DNA from: Mytilus californianus
Lineage: Eukaryota
Direction of reading: 5' to 3'
Length of the DNA: 64,000 nt
Assembly: GCF_021869535.1 (NCBI RefSeq)
Contig: NW_026262679.1
Location: 123,752,001-123,816,000 of the forward strand
The notes beneath the pieces were generated by a model. That model was not told the origin of the DNA. It did not search any database and worked only from the letters and a program-made list of their open reading frames with translations. Of this stretch, positions 37,568 to 51,454 are shown piece after piece (within the stretch, counting starts at the first letter, position 1; every line of letters starts with the position of its first letter). Position numbers and translations under genes: made by a program.

Positions 37568-40500
37568 TTTGCAAAGCTACATTGAATTTTTACTATGCTC
37601 CCGTATATTCATGTATATGTTATGTAATAAACAATTTGGTCTCTAGTTTACATGTAATAAAAATTACAAAAAATAATTAGATTCCTTTCATTAATTCGTC
37701 AGCTGAATAATCTATTCTTCGATAACGACATGATTTATAACGTACCTTTCTTAAATTGCCCGTATATAAAATTTTCACGAACTCCTTCAGGCAAAGTTGA
37801 CCTTGGATTAATTTGGCAGTTGTTTTTAGGTCCCTTTTAATCATACAGCTATCCAAGAGTTTCGTTACTTATACATCCTTTGATTTCAAATATTTGGCTT
37901 CAAGAGTTCCTGGTGAAATTCATAAAAGCACGTCTGACGCATACATTGATAAATTGTAATTTTACTTTTGTAATAGATTTATTCTGTAATCATGTACTTT
38001 AATTTGTAACTAGACTTTTTTTTTGTATTCTGAAACATATCAACAATTCTTATTGTCTGCCTTTTTTACATATCGATTATATCCAATTAATTTTTTTTTT
38101 ATCAAACCTGGGCAAAACTACTTCAAAACACTGATATATCTGTTAATATGCCACACTTGAATAGTAACTTCGGCTAGATATATAATAGGTATTCCTCAAT
38201 AGTGATTGGATTAAATACTTAATTTAATCAGCAATCAAAGCCCGGCTTCAATGTTCTCTAGTGGCGGTGAGAATCAGACAAGGATACTCAAAGTATCAAA
38301 AGATGTGTTAAAGTACATACAATCCTCTTGCAATAATATAAAAACATTTACCCAAATATTCCCCATTCCAAACTAAATGACAAATTGAAAGAAATATGGT
38401 CCTACTTTATGTTATAAAGAAGAATGCCTAACGCTTGTTTGGGATAAATCATACTATTTAGAAAAAAGTATAAACAAAAATACCAAACTGCAAGGTAAAT
38501 TAAAAAAGGATGAAAACCCACTATGATTCAAACAAGATATTTTCGAAAATTAACACTATCCAGATGCTTGATTTTCTGAAACAACATACTTGTTTCGTTT
38601 GGAAGACGTGTTTTTCACTAAAACATTTAATGGGAACCAACTGTGCTCCTTTTATTGTAACTGGTACCTGTTATTCATAAGAGGAACACTTCAAACAGTA
38701 GCTTCTTACGAAGAAAAAGCTAGCATTGTCCTTTAAGTTCACAATCAGCTATATAGATGATGTTTATTCACTAAATAAATTAAAGCGTGGTGAACGCATT
38801 TTGAACGTATCTATTCCATCGAAAGAAATTGAAATAAAGGTTATAGTTAAGTCTACCTCATATCTTGAATTACATATTGGCAATAAGGGTCGGTTTAGAA
38901 TAAAACGACAAAAGCGATAATTTAGACTCATTAATTGTGAACTTTTCAGTTCTATTTGGCCACATTCTAGCAGCGCCTGCATACTGTGTATACGTCTCCA
39001 ACATGATTTCCTTGAAACTCCATTATAAACTCCACGGTTCATAATCTATTTTATAGGATGGATTAATTCCTTCAAAGAAACACGTTGGTTTCTAACTAGT
39101 TACATAGACAATTATCAGCGTAACATGCAAAGAGGCCAGTCAGTAGCTACGGTTAATCGCAGAAATCATCATATGTATTTGTTTGTTTTAAACAGTTTTT
39201 ATTGTACTGTTAACGAAATAAGGGTTTGATACCCAACAATATATAAACACAAATCATGTACTAGATAAGTAATAAGACGTTTATGTTAGTGTCATTAAAT
39301 CTCTGAAAATACAAATCCAATAAAATGTTCTTATGTTGGTCATGATTAGAAAAATAAATAATATGGCAAATACTAGTAAGTATAATGACATTTTACTTAT
39401 AAATATGATGTATGATCATAAAATGGAAAAAATCCTTTGAAAGATAGTTTTTACCCATGTATGTGCGGTTTTTTGCGGATTGAAAGATAAACTGTGTTTA
39501 GCAAAAATGAACAGGTGGTCAAGATCTTCTAATAAGTTAAAATGGCCTAAATATTTAGTAGACTTCTTTTAGAAACTATTGCCTTTGAAAGACTCTTTTC
39601 CCTCATTTTTTGTGGGGTTTTTTTTCTTCTTTTTTGCGGAAGAAGATAGCCGAGTTCATTCATGAATTTTCTCAAGGTATGTGCATGTACATAGTTAGTT
39701 AATGACAGAATCATGGTTTCTTCTTCGACTTGAGAATTGCAATATCCCTATGGTATCGTCCGCCTCTCTTTCTATTAATTAGCAAGTGAACTTTTAAGAA
39801 AAAAAATTCTCAACTATTTCATTAGAGTTTTTTTTTTTTTTCTATTTATTTATTTTGACCTCTTTCTTGTCATTTTTGCCAGTCTGTTTTTATTTTCAAA
39901 TAAATTTATTGATACACGTTGAGTGAAGTACGCTTTTCCTATGGGGACACCACCTTCAAGGAGAATGAAAATTGAGGTAACAGTCATTGACCAATGTTAA
40001 AACCTCATAATTAAATTAAGAAGATACAAATCAAGGTAAAAAAAAACCTGAGGGATTAACATGAACTCCCAAAAAAGCAAGACAAGAAGCGTCGACAGAG
40101 TAAGCGTCTCCCGCTATGCTTAGATCCCCCGCCATATGAATCAACTTTCAGTAAAAAGGGTCACAATCGAGTATAGGACTCACTTTACAGAGGACGGATG
40201 TGTGATTTTTCCAACAATCTTATTTTTCGTGAATGGTGTAGCGGTATTTTGCTCTGAATTCCAATTTTTGTAATAAAACATTCCAAGAATTTGTTTGTGC
40301 ATAAACCCCAGGGTTCTTGAAATTGTTAGAAATCCGTGTAATAATGACACTTCGTAGTTTTTATATGTCCTTCTGAATGCATGATTAACTCAGATAAAGG
40401 GTCCAGTTTGGATACATATGACTTGCTATTTACCCGTTTTTTTCCATATTCGTCAACTGAATTCACAAGAAACCTGAAGTTTTCTTTCAGTTGATTGGCT

Positions 40501-41376
40501 TAGGAATCCAATTTACGGGGGATAATAAACAAGAGACATCGGAAGGTTTTGATTTTACATCCTTAGAATAGGTATAGATATCTAATACCTTCTTGTGGTT
40601 GACAATCTTGGATGCCATAGGTGTAGGTATATGAAATGACAAGTTCAAGAATCCGATCTGGTCACACACACTATACTTAATATATATAACATATAGTGAA
40701 TAACTTTCTCATTTTAGAAAATTAGATTTTTTGAACACAAATCGATAAAAAAACAAAAATTACAAAAAGCAGAATGGTATTAGTTTTTTACATTTTTGAT
40801 TCAAAGATTTTTTTTTTTAATTTGAGTTGAAAACCTTTCAAGTGTATTTTTATATTTTTGTCAACTTTTGAGGTTAAAACTTTACAATGTAGAAAATAAT
40901 CACAATGTCATTAGCGTTGCTTACTATTTCTGTTCAAAGCTATTCAAAGTAGGGGCATACTTTTAAACTCAAGGCCTGAAAAAGAATAAACAAATCCAGA
41001 ATACGCGCCTGAGGCAGTTCCACCCGAGTATTTACAAATGTTTCTAAAAAAGCACTTCGTAAATCACGGCCAATACTGAAGCATTGGATACAAGGCAAAT
41101 TATTTGCTCGAGGACTTATAGCTATAGATTCGACAGGAGGAAATACACACAAATCTACCAAAATAATTTACGGAAATCAGATTTAGGATGACGATCCGAA
41201 ATACCGAAGGTGAACTCAGTTGCTTCCACATGTAAAGCAGTTTTCTCTACGCAAGTGGCACCCGTTAAGTTGCTCATGGCATATACAAATATATCGCGTT
41301 CAAGTTATCAACGATAGATGGAAACTATTTGTGGGAATATTTGACTAATTTAATGTGGCGCCCGTCAAATATAAAT

Positions 41377-41880
41377 AAGAAGATGTGGTATGACTGCCAA
41401 TGAGACAATTAAGCCATTTCAATAGATATTTTATAGTGTGTCTTTTAATGTTGTAATGTAAGTCACAATGTGTAAAAAGTAAACAATTATAGGTCAAAGT
41501 ACGGTCTTCAACACGGAGCCTTGGCTCACACCAAACAGCAAGCTATAAAGGGCCCCAAAATGACTAGTGTTGAACAATTTAAACAGGAAAACCAAAACAA
41601 TAATCTATATAAAAAAACGAGAAACGAGAAACACTTATGAACCACAACAACAAACAACAACCACTAAACAACAGGCTCCTGACTTGGGACAGATGCATAC
41701 AAATGCAGCGGGTTTAAACGTTTTAACAGGCGCCATTCTTCGTCCTAACCTGAAACAGTAGTGTAACATTACAACATTAAAAGACACACTATAAAATATC
41801 TATTGAAATGGCTTAATTTGATCAAAAAGACATATAAACAAAAACATACACTGAACGAATAAGTTTAATCTATGAAACAA
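41377..41880 (+). mobile_element. Abundant interspersed repeat (aagaagatgtggtatg..gccaatgagacaac family)
   Basis: Matches 63735-64000 and the reverse complement of 60700-61090. Shorter relatives are at 11838-11965, 35225-35352, 42860-43012, 51660-51735 and 53410-53470. Confidence 0.8.
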
Positions 41881-43056
41881 TATAAATACAATATTGATAA
41901 AAACAAGTGTTGTAGAACAATGTCAAAAAGACAACTCTAACCTGGACAAACTGGCGTTAAATAAAATAACGTACACAGGTAAATGCCTGTAAAGAGTTTG
42001 TAACAATTGCATATCAAGTCTAAACACCTGTGTGAACCACTTCATCATTGTATACGCAGTCTCCTATATTATTTTAAGGAAAGTATTATGTGTCTATTGG
42101 AACAATAACTTTGCCAATAAATATGTTTATTAGACTATGCGTGCAGCGAGAACTACGAATAATTTAAATCAATTACATCAATGGTTCCACTACAAATACA
42201 AGGGTTGTTTGATATACAGATTCGTAGTAAAGATAGTCCTACAAATTTAAGATTTAAGACTTAGGAAGATCTTAACTTGATATTGCCAAAGTAAACAAAC
42301 TAAAAGCTTCCTGTAAAGTGATTTGCTTTTAATATCGATGCATTTGAAATTTTAAATGAGGTTTACAATAAAAGTATAAAATTAACTTAAAATTATTATG
42401 TAAACCAGAAAATAAAGTTATATATATTATCTTATGTCAGACGATGAATGGTTTAATCAAATATTATATCTAATATACACAGACTTTAGATTTATTATTC
42501 TAATAAATTATCTGCGGAAATGCATGTATTGTTCAAACATACATCAGCTTTATTGATCAATGTGTAATATATAGACTAATCTAAAGTGACTCAAGTAATA
42601 AGAAAAGCTTTCAGTTCAGACAAATTGGCTAATCAAAGGAAAAGAATAATGTAAAATATTGCACTTTGGTAAAGATTGTTTCAACAGAAAGAATTCAATC
42701 GCTAACTAACGGTTTGAAACTCATTTAAGACATGTCAAACTAACTGCTGTTACACCACTGTCCCAGGTTAGGGGGACAATTGAGAGCCCACAAAATGTTT
42801 AACCCCGCAGGATTCTATGTTGGCCTGTGTGTATTTTTCGTAAATTGTTTTGTTATAAATAATGCCGTTAGTTTTCTCGTTTGAATTATAGGGGCTTTAA
42901 AGCTGATGGTCTGAGTTTTACAAATCGATGAAGGCCGTATGGTTGCCTATAATTGCTTTCATCCACTACATTTGAACTCTGGTGGAAAGTTGTCATACTA
43001 CATCTTCTTTTTTTATATAGTGTTCCTTCGTGATTTGTACAGTTGAATGATATCAT

Positions 43057-43241
43057 AATAGACGTATTAACACTTGTAAACACATTTGTCTGCCATTATT
43101 AAAAGTTACACAATTTCACGTGAACTTTGCGTCTAAATTTAAAACACTTGACGTCATAATTAAAAAGTGATTGTTGCATTACGCAAAAATGTTATTCGGA
43201 GGAAATTCAGCTAAATTCACAAATGTGTAAATACGTCTATT
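43057..43241. mobile_element. Short MITE-like element with ~17-bp imperfect TIRs
   Basis: aatagacgtattaacac ... gtgtaaatacgtctatt. No clear TSD. Confidence 0.5.
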
Positions 43242-43635
43242 GAACTAAGCTGAACAAATCTTACCTACAGACAGGAAAATGAGTAGGAAATGCACATACT
43301 TAATATATATCGATGATATCAAATATTTGGACATTGTACACTTTGTTTCACACGTAATCTTTATCTGGATTCAATGAAAAAGTAATCGATTTTTCAACAC
43401 AGATAGACGATTTAAAGCATAAACACATACAAAAGTAAACAGGGCTCACCACAGGCATCAACATAACGGCTAACCCTTCAAAGGACAATTATTTAAATTA
43501 TCAAAATCAATGATTCTATACATTTTAAAACAGTAAATTTAAAATTCATCTATATTAATATTTTGTAATTAATGAAGACCACAGCAGTTTACAAATGTTC
43601 AAATATCATTCATCAACTCAAAAGATACAAATAAG

Positions 43636-43952
43636 GAGGTATAAGGGGAGGGTTGATATCTCTCAAAACATGTTTTACCCCGCCGTATTTTTGCGCCTGT
43701 CACAAGTCAAGAATCTTCAGCCTTTGTTTGTCTTGTGTGTTTATTTATTAGTTTTTGGTTAATTTGTGTGTTTCGTCGTTTAGTGTGGCGTCTATTTCGC
43801 TGAACTTTTGTTTAAGATTCAGTTGAAGCCAGGCTCCGGGTGCATGATTTTCTCGCTGCATTGAACACCCGTTGGTGGTCTTGGCCTGTTATCTGCTCTT
43901 TGGTCGGGTTGTTGTCTCTTTGAAACATTCCCCGTTTTCATTCTCTATTATT
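43636..43952 (+). mobile_element. Interspersed repeat (gaggtatagggggagggttgagatctc family), older copy
   Basis: Homologous to 47152-47520. Confidence 0.75.
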
Positions 43953-44329
43953 CTTAATCAAGTTAGCAACGTAGACCGTCACATTGCATGAGTCAAAATG
44001 CGTCGAACGGGTAAAGTACCTCCTGTACATGCGAATCCACACTCAATCAAATGTCACAATCGGGAATTGAACAATATCAGTTAATTACAGGTCAGACTCC
44101 TATTCTGCTACATAAAGACCCAATAACACATAAAACATATCACTAGTGAAACATAGGGATGGTAAAACTTATGCAGTGTCAAAACCAGTCGTTCTTCTTC
44201 TTAACTCTGTTGGAGTTGTCTTTTTTTAAGGATCACGTGACTGATAACGAAGTCCGTATAATGTAAACATGCACGACCACAACGTATGTGTTGACACATG
44301 TAAACGCCAAATGATGTGGCAGATGGTAT

Positions 44330-44750
44330 ATCAACTCTTCATAGATACCAGGATTAAGACTTATGAGGTGTGACGCTTGAATAAAAAAGTACAAAAGGTC
44401 AAATAAAGTACGAAGTTAAAAAGCATTGATGACCCAAAATTCCGAGAGGTTTTGCTGAATACAGCTAAAGTAATCTATTCCTGGAATAGAAATCCTTAAT
44501 ATTTCGAAAAAAATTAAAAGTTTTATAAACAGTTAATTTTTAATTATGACCATATCAATGATAATTCATGTCAACACAGAGGTCCTGACTACTGGCTTCG
44601 TGATACTCGCGAGGAGGTAACCTCCACTAGCATTGTCATCCACCCAGTGGTTGTAAATAAACTCATCATAGATATTTTGATTAAAATTTGTACGCCAAAC
44701 GCGCGTTTTGTCTACAAAAGCCTGATCAGTGACGCTCGAATAAAAACAAC
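44330..44750 (-). mobile_element. Tandem retrozyme-like units with degenerate HHR (44693-44734)
   Basis: aactc(t/a)tcatagat occurs at 44333 and 44660. Reverse-strand HHR: CGTCA CTGATCA GGC..GAC AAAAC GCGC GTT TGGCG. Confidence 0.75.
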
Positions 44751-45527
44751 CAGTTTAAAATGCAAAAAAAAAGTATTTAGTGTTATTGAGAAATGATAAA
44801 ATGACAATTTGAAAGTTCAAATTATCACGTTTGTCGTAGATTCTAGTTTGAATTCGTCCATATCGATGGAAGAAATGAAGATATGCACAGACCTTCTACG
44901 GGAAAAGGGGGACCATTTCTTAAAATTGGAATAATTACGAATCATTTCATCATCTTGGACTTTTGTTATTTTTCTTTTTGATAATCTTTTATATCATTGG
45001 TTGTTCGGTTCAGCAGTTGTTAGCTCGGAAAGGTATTTGTAACATATTGTATTAAGTTCAAAGGAAAACGCCAATTCAGTATTTCAAAAAGAACAATATC
45101 AAAAACGACCTAATAAACGAACAGCATAATAAAAGATGAGCTGAGATATGTACAAAATAAAGGGAACATCATAGGAGAGGAAACAATTAAAGTTAACGAG
45201 TGAATTCTTCAAACGTCCATTCACTTTCCATAATTAATTATCGATTCAATGAATTGTAGCGTTTTACTTCTATATTCTGAGATTGAATGGTGAAGTAATC
45301 CATCTTTCAACTGACCTAGTTAAATGTAAATGAATGATAGAAAAAGTCGAACTGAAAAAAAGAGGTAGCAGATACTATAGGGGGAATTTGAAAATTATAA
45401 AATACTCAATTCAATTTAAGTTTTCATGTAAATATTTATATTTCAAGGATCAGAATATCATTGAATATTATTAAATGTTTGTATGTGTCTGGTAGAAAAT
45501 GCTGAGATCAAATATGCAGGTACTAAT

Positions 45528-45685
45528 AGAGGGACGAAAGATACCAGAGGGACAGTCAAACTCATAGATCGAAAACAAACTGACAACGCCATGGCCAAAA
45601 ATAAAAAGACAAACAGACAAATAATAGTACAGATGACACAACATAGAAATCTAAAGACTAAGCAACACGAACCCCACCAAAAACA
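45528..45685 (-). mobile_element. ~160-bp PLE 3'-tail copy
   Basis: Near-identical to 37407-37567 and truncated at the same ccccaccaaaaa position. More decayed tail copies are at 50585-50770 and 56750-56940. Confidence 0.85.
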
Positions 45686-47151
45686 AATATTTAAAAGATC
45701 AATCGACAGCAAAATGAAACGCTTCAACATCATTAATCGCGAAAAAAGTAGAAACACGACTTGCATTCTGATGGTGATCAATTTCCATAAATATAAAAGA
45801 ACTACAATTTCAAAATTACTGCTTTTAACAGCTGCATTATCAAACACTGATTAACAAGATTATGCCAAAGCTTTCTACAGAAAATTGATCAGAGTAACAG
45901 TAATAATCAGTCAAAAGAATTAGGGAAACAGATAACCAGGAACCTTTCAGCAGAAATTCTATCTATCAATGAAATCAAATCACACTGATATAACGGAATT
46001 GATGATATGTCTTGTAACCTTTCGAAACAACATAACCGGCTAATGTTACGAAATAACATGGAAAAGAAAAACAATTTCTTCAATACAAATGTTATTGTCG
46101 GTGTAAATAGTTTTAAGGACAAAATTGTAACATTTCAATTAGGCGTGACTTTTCCGTAGAGTCAAGAGGTGGTATGTATATGAAAACAATCCGTCGAACT
46201 ATATTAAACAATAATTTTGCTTCATGTTTTCTTTAAGAAGTTAGATATTGATGGCAGAAATTTGATTGTTCTGGTTGATTGATTCGAATATGTTTTCATT
46301 CGGATAAATTTAGAGCATGCCTTACTTTATAGACATTTAATTTTTTGGGTAAGTCCGATTTTGTGTCTCTGAATATCTTTAGAGCTTAGTAGTCTAGCAA
46401 ATATATGATTGACGTATACCCAACATCTTGTTTTATTCATAACTGAAGACATATATACCGTAGCTGTTAACACGGAAAACTTTATCAAAAACGAACTAAA
46501 ACCCGCGTATTAACTGTTTTGAAAAGTATCCAGTATCCAAACTTCTATACGCCACTCATTTTAAAACATCAAGTTTTTTTATAGATTAAAATGATACACG
46601 ACAAATGACCTACTACTACTCTCAGTTGCTCATAATTTAAAATTTCTTGCGTATATGTTCATACTTAAAAGACTTGCATCAATTTTTTAACCTAAAAAAA
46701 TGAAAATTGATTAACAGATTATATTACTATTTTTCTTTGATGACGAGAACAATGTTCTAAATACTAAAATAAAACTACCGGTACTGTTTGTTTTGATGGT
46801 CACAAAGATCGCCAACATGCAAAATATGTGCTTGACTAAAAGACCCACAGGGAGGTGAACGTCTTGAAAAAACTTCAAAAATGAAATATGAGGACAGATG
46901 AAATTAAGATGGCTAGATAAGACAATAAATGTACATAAGAACACCATACAAATACCGTAGGTAAATCAACATGAATATTTACTGACTATTGACTTTAAGT
47001 AAAAAGAGATGTTATTTGTTTGAAATTCGTTTAGTATTTGTTATATTTGTCTCGATTTAAAGTGCGAATGTTTGATATTAACATTGTAATTGAACTGAAT
47101 TCCGTATTAAACTGGGAATTTAACTGTTTTACAAGAACATCTTGAACTGAA

Positions 47152-47520
47152 TTTTAATGTGCGTATTGTTATACGTTTACTTTTCTACATTGGCTAGAGG
47201 TATAGGGGGAGGGTTGAGATCTCATAAACATGTTTAACCCCGCCGCATTTTTGCGCCTGTCCCAAGTCAGGAGCCTCTAGCCTTTGTCAGTCTTGTATTA
47301 TTTTTAATTTTAGTTTCTTGTGTACAATTTGGAGTTTAGTATGGCGTTCATTATCACTGAACTAGTATATATATTTGTTTAGGGGCCAGCTGAAGGACGC
47401 CTCCGGGTGCGGGAATTTCTCGGTGCATTGAAGACCTGTTGGTGACCTTCTGCTGTTGTCTGTTCTATGGTCGGGTTGTTGTCTCTTTGACACATTCCCC
47501 ATTTCCATTCTCAATTTTAT
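47152..47520 (+). mobile_element. Interspersed non-autonomous repeat (possibly HINE-type)
   Basis: Two copies in the window. T-rich ends with a terminal gacacattccccatttccattctcaatttt motif. Confidence 0.75.
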
Positions 47521-48091
47521 CTTATCTCACATTTAATAGATTGTACTATCATTTTATATTTGATATTTAATGAAAAGTGACATCAACACATTGTAAATTA
47601 TCATTTTTTTTGTATTTTTCAATTGTTCACCATGTGTCAGATTGATTTTGGGAATACATATTAGCACCTGCTAGTTTTGTTCAGTCTAGACAGTATCATC
47701 GGGTTAACTCACTGGATCACGGCAGCATATCTATCATAAAATTAACAACAGGATATTTAATAACTAATAATCCATTAGACATAAATGTTTATTGATGTTT
47801 TGGTCTCATGTTGATATTATTTTCATACTGATTCTTCTGCCTATTAATAAAGATTATAATAATGTTCTAATGAATTGAAAGACTAATACAATGTTATACC
47901 TTGGTTGTTAAAACTCGTCAAAGATACTAAGCTTATGATTTTGTACGCCGGACATCTATAACAAATGATCGTAATTTTGAGAATGACTAGTTAAACCACA
48001 CGCAACCTATAGTTAAAACGTCATAACTTGTTTTCAACCATGCTTGCGCCTTTGCTTTTTCGGATCGTGCTCAAATTCTGTAGAAGGTTTG

Positions 48092-48399
48092 TAGTCATCA
48101 ATTTATGATGAGTTCGATATGCAGTAAATCGGAAATGAGAGAAATATTTTTGGGCGAGGGGACAGTTTTCATTCATCATACCCATGTATGAACTATATAA
48201 TCAGAAAAGCAATCTGAAATTGGCGACCATTTTTAAGTTTTATCTTCTGGATAGCAACTTTATTTGTATAAGACTCTCTTTAAATGAATAAATTATATAG
48301 TTCATACAAGGGTTTGATTAAACTTTCCCCTCCTGCAAAAAAATATTTTTCTCATTTCCGATTCGCTGAATATCGAACTAATCCTAATTTTGATGACTA
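48092..48399. mobile_element. ~305-bp MITE with ~70-bp TIRs flanked by TA
   Basis: ta|gtcatcaatttatgatgagttcgatat...gagggga (to 48162) is the inverted match of tcccctcc...atcgaactaatcctaattttgatgac|ta (from 48326). Confidence 0.8.
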
Positions 48400-48404
48400 G
48401 AAAT

Positions 48405-48795
48405 ACTAAGGATTTTCTACCCAAAGGAAAAGATAACCTTAGCTGTACTTTGCAAAACCTTACGGAATTTTGGGTCCTCAATACTCTTCAACTTCGTACT
48501 TTATTTGGCCATTTTAACTTTTATGATTCGAACGTCTCCGATGAGTCTTTTTTAGACAAAACGATTGTCTGGCGAACAAAATTTTAATCCTGGTATCTAT
48601 AAAGAGTTTATTTTACAACCACCAGGTTATTTGGTCATAATCATAAATCCATTGTTTACAAAACTTTGACTTTTTCAAAATACAAAGGATTTTCTACCCC
48701 AAAAATGGATAACCATAGCATTTCGGAATTTTGAATATTTCGTTCTTTATTTGGCGTTTTTAACTTTTGTGATTTTAAAAGCGTTACTGATGAGA
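48405..48795 (+). mobile_element. Retrozyme-like repeat with degenerate HHR (48533-48574) and a truncated second HHR (48782-48794)
   Basis: cgtct ccgatga gtc..gac aaaac gatt gtc tggcg. Confidence 0.7.
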
Positions 48796-48968
48796 TGGTT
48801 ATGGCTTGCTATATTTTTCTTGCATGAATAGACATTTCTCGCATCACACTGCGCGCAGTATGATACGAAAAAGTAGTAGGAAAACTGCGTTGATTTGATT
48901 GGCTTATCCAGCATCATGAGACGATATTACCACATTTCCATTGACAATGGAAATAATCTTACTGTCAG

Positions 48969-49349
48969 AAAAAAGTAAAATCACAAAAATTCTGAACTCC
49001 GAGGAAAATTTAAAAAGGAAAGTCCCTAATCAAATGGCAAAATCAAAAGCTCAAACGCATCAAACGAATGGATAACAACTGTCATATTCCTGACTTGGTA
49101 CAAGCATTTTCTTATGTAGAAAATGGTGGATTGAACCTGGTTTTATAGCTAGCTAAACCTCTCACTTGTATGACAGTCGTATAAAATTCCATTATATTGA
49201 CAACGATGCGTGAACAAACCAAACAGACAGAATAGGTAAAAATATGAAAAATAGGGGTACAGCAGTCAACATTATGTTATCATCTTAATCACTATAAAAA
49301 CAAACAAATGTAACAAAGAAGCACAAAACAGCATACATCAAATTAAACA
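48969..49349 (+). mobile_element. Same interspersed element family
   Basis: High similarity to 13229-13610. Confidence 0.8.
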
Positions 49350-49859
49350 GAAGAGAAGATAAGTTGGTTTGATTCAATGTAATATCCAGTATACACATAT
49401 TTTATATACGATCGTTAAATTGAATAAATCATTTGCTGAAATGACAAGTATAGTTCAAAAACTACTGAAATAAATTAATCACTGCCTAATATACACTAAC
49501 TTATAGTGCTCAGGTCGTAAGAAAAACTTACATTTCAAATAGAATGACAGTCCAATACAGAAAGATTAATATAAAAGGTTGTACTTTGGTATGAATTATT
49601 GCAACAGAAAGCACTGAATGGTTACCAAATAGTTGTTTGACAGTTTCAAAATTATGACACACATATCAATAGGATATGTATTGTTTCATGTTGATGTATT
49701 ATGTTCAATGTTTTAATATGTGATATAAGTTGTGAATATTTACAATACACAGGGAAGTGGATACGAGTTCTAGGTCATAATCGATAATAAACTTGAGCAC
49801 ACATCACTTATGCCGGAACAATATTCATTAAATGCACTCGATCGCATGTTTTTTTAATC

Positions 49860-50035
49860 ATCTTAGCTGTATTGGGCAAAACCTTAAGGAATTTTGGGTC
49901 CTCGATGCACTTCAACTTCGTACTTTATTTGGCCTTTTAACTTTTTTGATTCGAGCCTCACTGAAAAGTCTTTTGTAGACGATACGAGCGTCTGGCGTAC
50001 AAAATGCTAAGCCTGGTATCTATGATAAGTTTATT
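49860..50035 (+). mobile_element. Retrozyme-like fragment with mutated HHR (49956-49997)
   Basis: cctca ctgaaaa gtc..gac gatac gagc gtc tggcg. Confidence 0.7.
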
Positions 50036-51454
50036 TTTTCAACCTTTTTAAATAATGCACAACAAGTGCATCATTACGAGAATAGAAATGGGTCAACGGG
50101 ACGAATCAAACAGGCTTAAATATGACTTTACAGGGATAAAAAAAAGTTTATCATTCAAAGGACAAATATTCAAATGATATGAAGCTTATTTTTATTCGAA
50201 AATTCCCTATGTGTCAGAAATATGAATTGATAACTCGTAAATATTAATTTCAAAGAAAAACCTTCAATTTCAAATTCCATTATATTGACAACGATGCGTG
50301 AACAAACCAAACAGACACAATAGGTAAAAATGTCAAAAATAGGGGTACAGCCGTCAACATTGTGTTATCATCTTAATCACTATAAAAACAAACAAATGTA
50401 ACAAAGAAGCACAAATTTACGAATATAAATAAGTTAGTTAAATGTAATTCACAGTTCTTGCTTGAAACGCTAATGTTTGAAATAGATGAAATAAGAGTGT
50501 TGTAGTAAAAACGGGAAATTTGTTATGCAGGTAACGAAAATGAACGCATTAAAATAATGTTTTTAAAGGGTACCAACAATAAGAAGCACCTGAGATCACG
50601 CCCGGTTTTTGGTAGGTTTGTGTTGCTCAGTTTTTCGTTTTCTAAGTTGTGTTTTGTATATTGTTGTTTGTCTTTTGGTATTTTTATTTTTTTGCCTTGG
50701 CGTTATAAACTTATTTTTTGTTTTTGACTTTGAGTTTGAATGCCCCTTTGGTATCTTTCGCCTCTCTCTCAATTATTGATTGTACGATTTGATAACTGAT
50801 TGTCTTTTAACTTCGATATTCAGATAACAAAAAGTTCAGATAGAATGGTGAAATTATCAATCCTTCAACTGATTAATATGATAAATATTAATGAATAATA
50901 GGAAAAGTCGATTTGAAAATGACCAAAAATAAACTAAACCAATGAAGTTAACATAAAAATGACAAAGTGCTAAACTCAAATATAATGGAATCAAGTTAAA
51001 AAAAAGATATTCAAATGATGATGTATTTCCTGTCTACTAAAGTGAATTACAAGGTCAAACTTAACGTTTTTAACACTTGACTTATTTAAAACTTATTGAT
51101 ACGATTATCCCTAAACATTCCACATAAAATTGATCAGAGTAACGGTAATAAGCGACTACATGGAAACTGATAAATAGGAAGGCTTCAACAGAAAAAAAAG
51201 GAATACAATCTATGAAATCAAATCATACTGATGTTACTAAGGAGATGATATGTCTTGTAATCTTTCAAAACAATATAAATTACTGATGTAAAGAAATTAA
51301 GAAAACAGTTTCTTTTATAATAGTAAGTAAGAACAGTAAAGAGAATGGCGTATCCATTTTTTTAAATTTTGTTAAGATTTATAAGGAAAAAGTTCATGCA
51401 ATAATGATTTATAAAATAGCATGTTTTTATTTCATTAAGCGAACTTAGTTTTAA

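Larger units (their letters stand above)
21150..38877 (+). repeat. Large duplicated block, copy 2
   Basis: Colinear with 1-17068. Contains the N-gap and copy-specific segments (23730-24609, 31083-33646, 37407-37567). Confidence 0.95.

Noticed and set aside
45907-46122. ORF with a GPCR-like ISAERFLVICFP (DRY-like) motif
   Set aside because: It stops four codons later, and the homologous blocks at ~19150 and ~51170 do not keep the motif or frame. No other TM helices are nearby.
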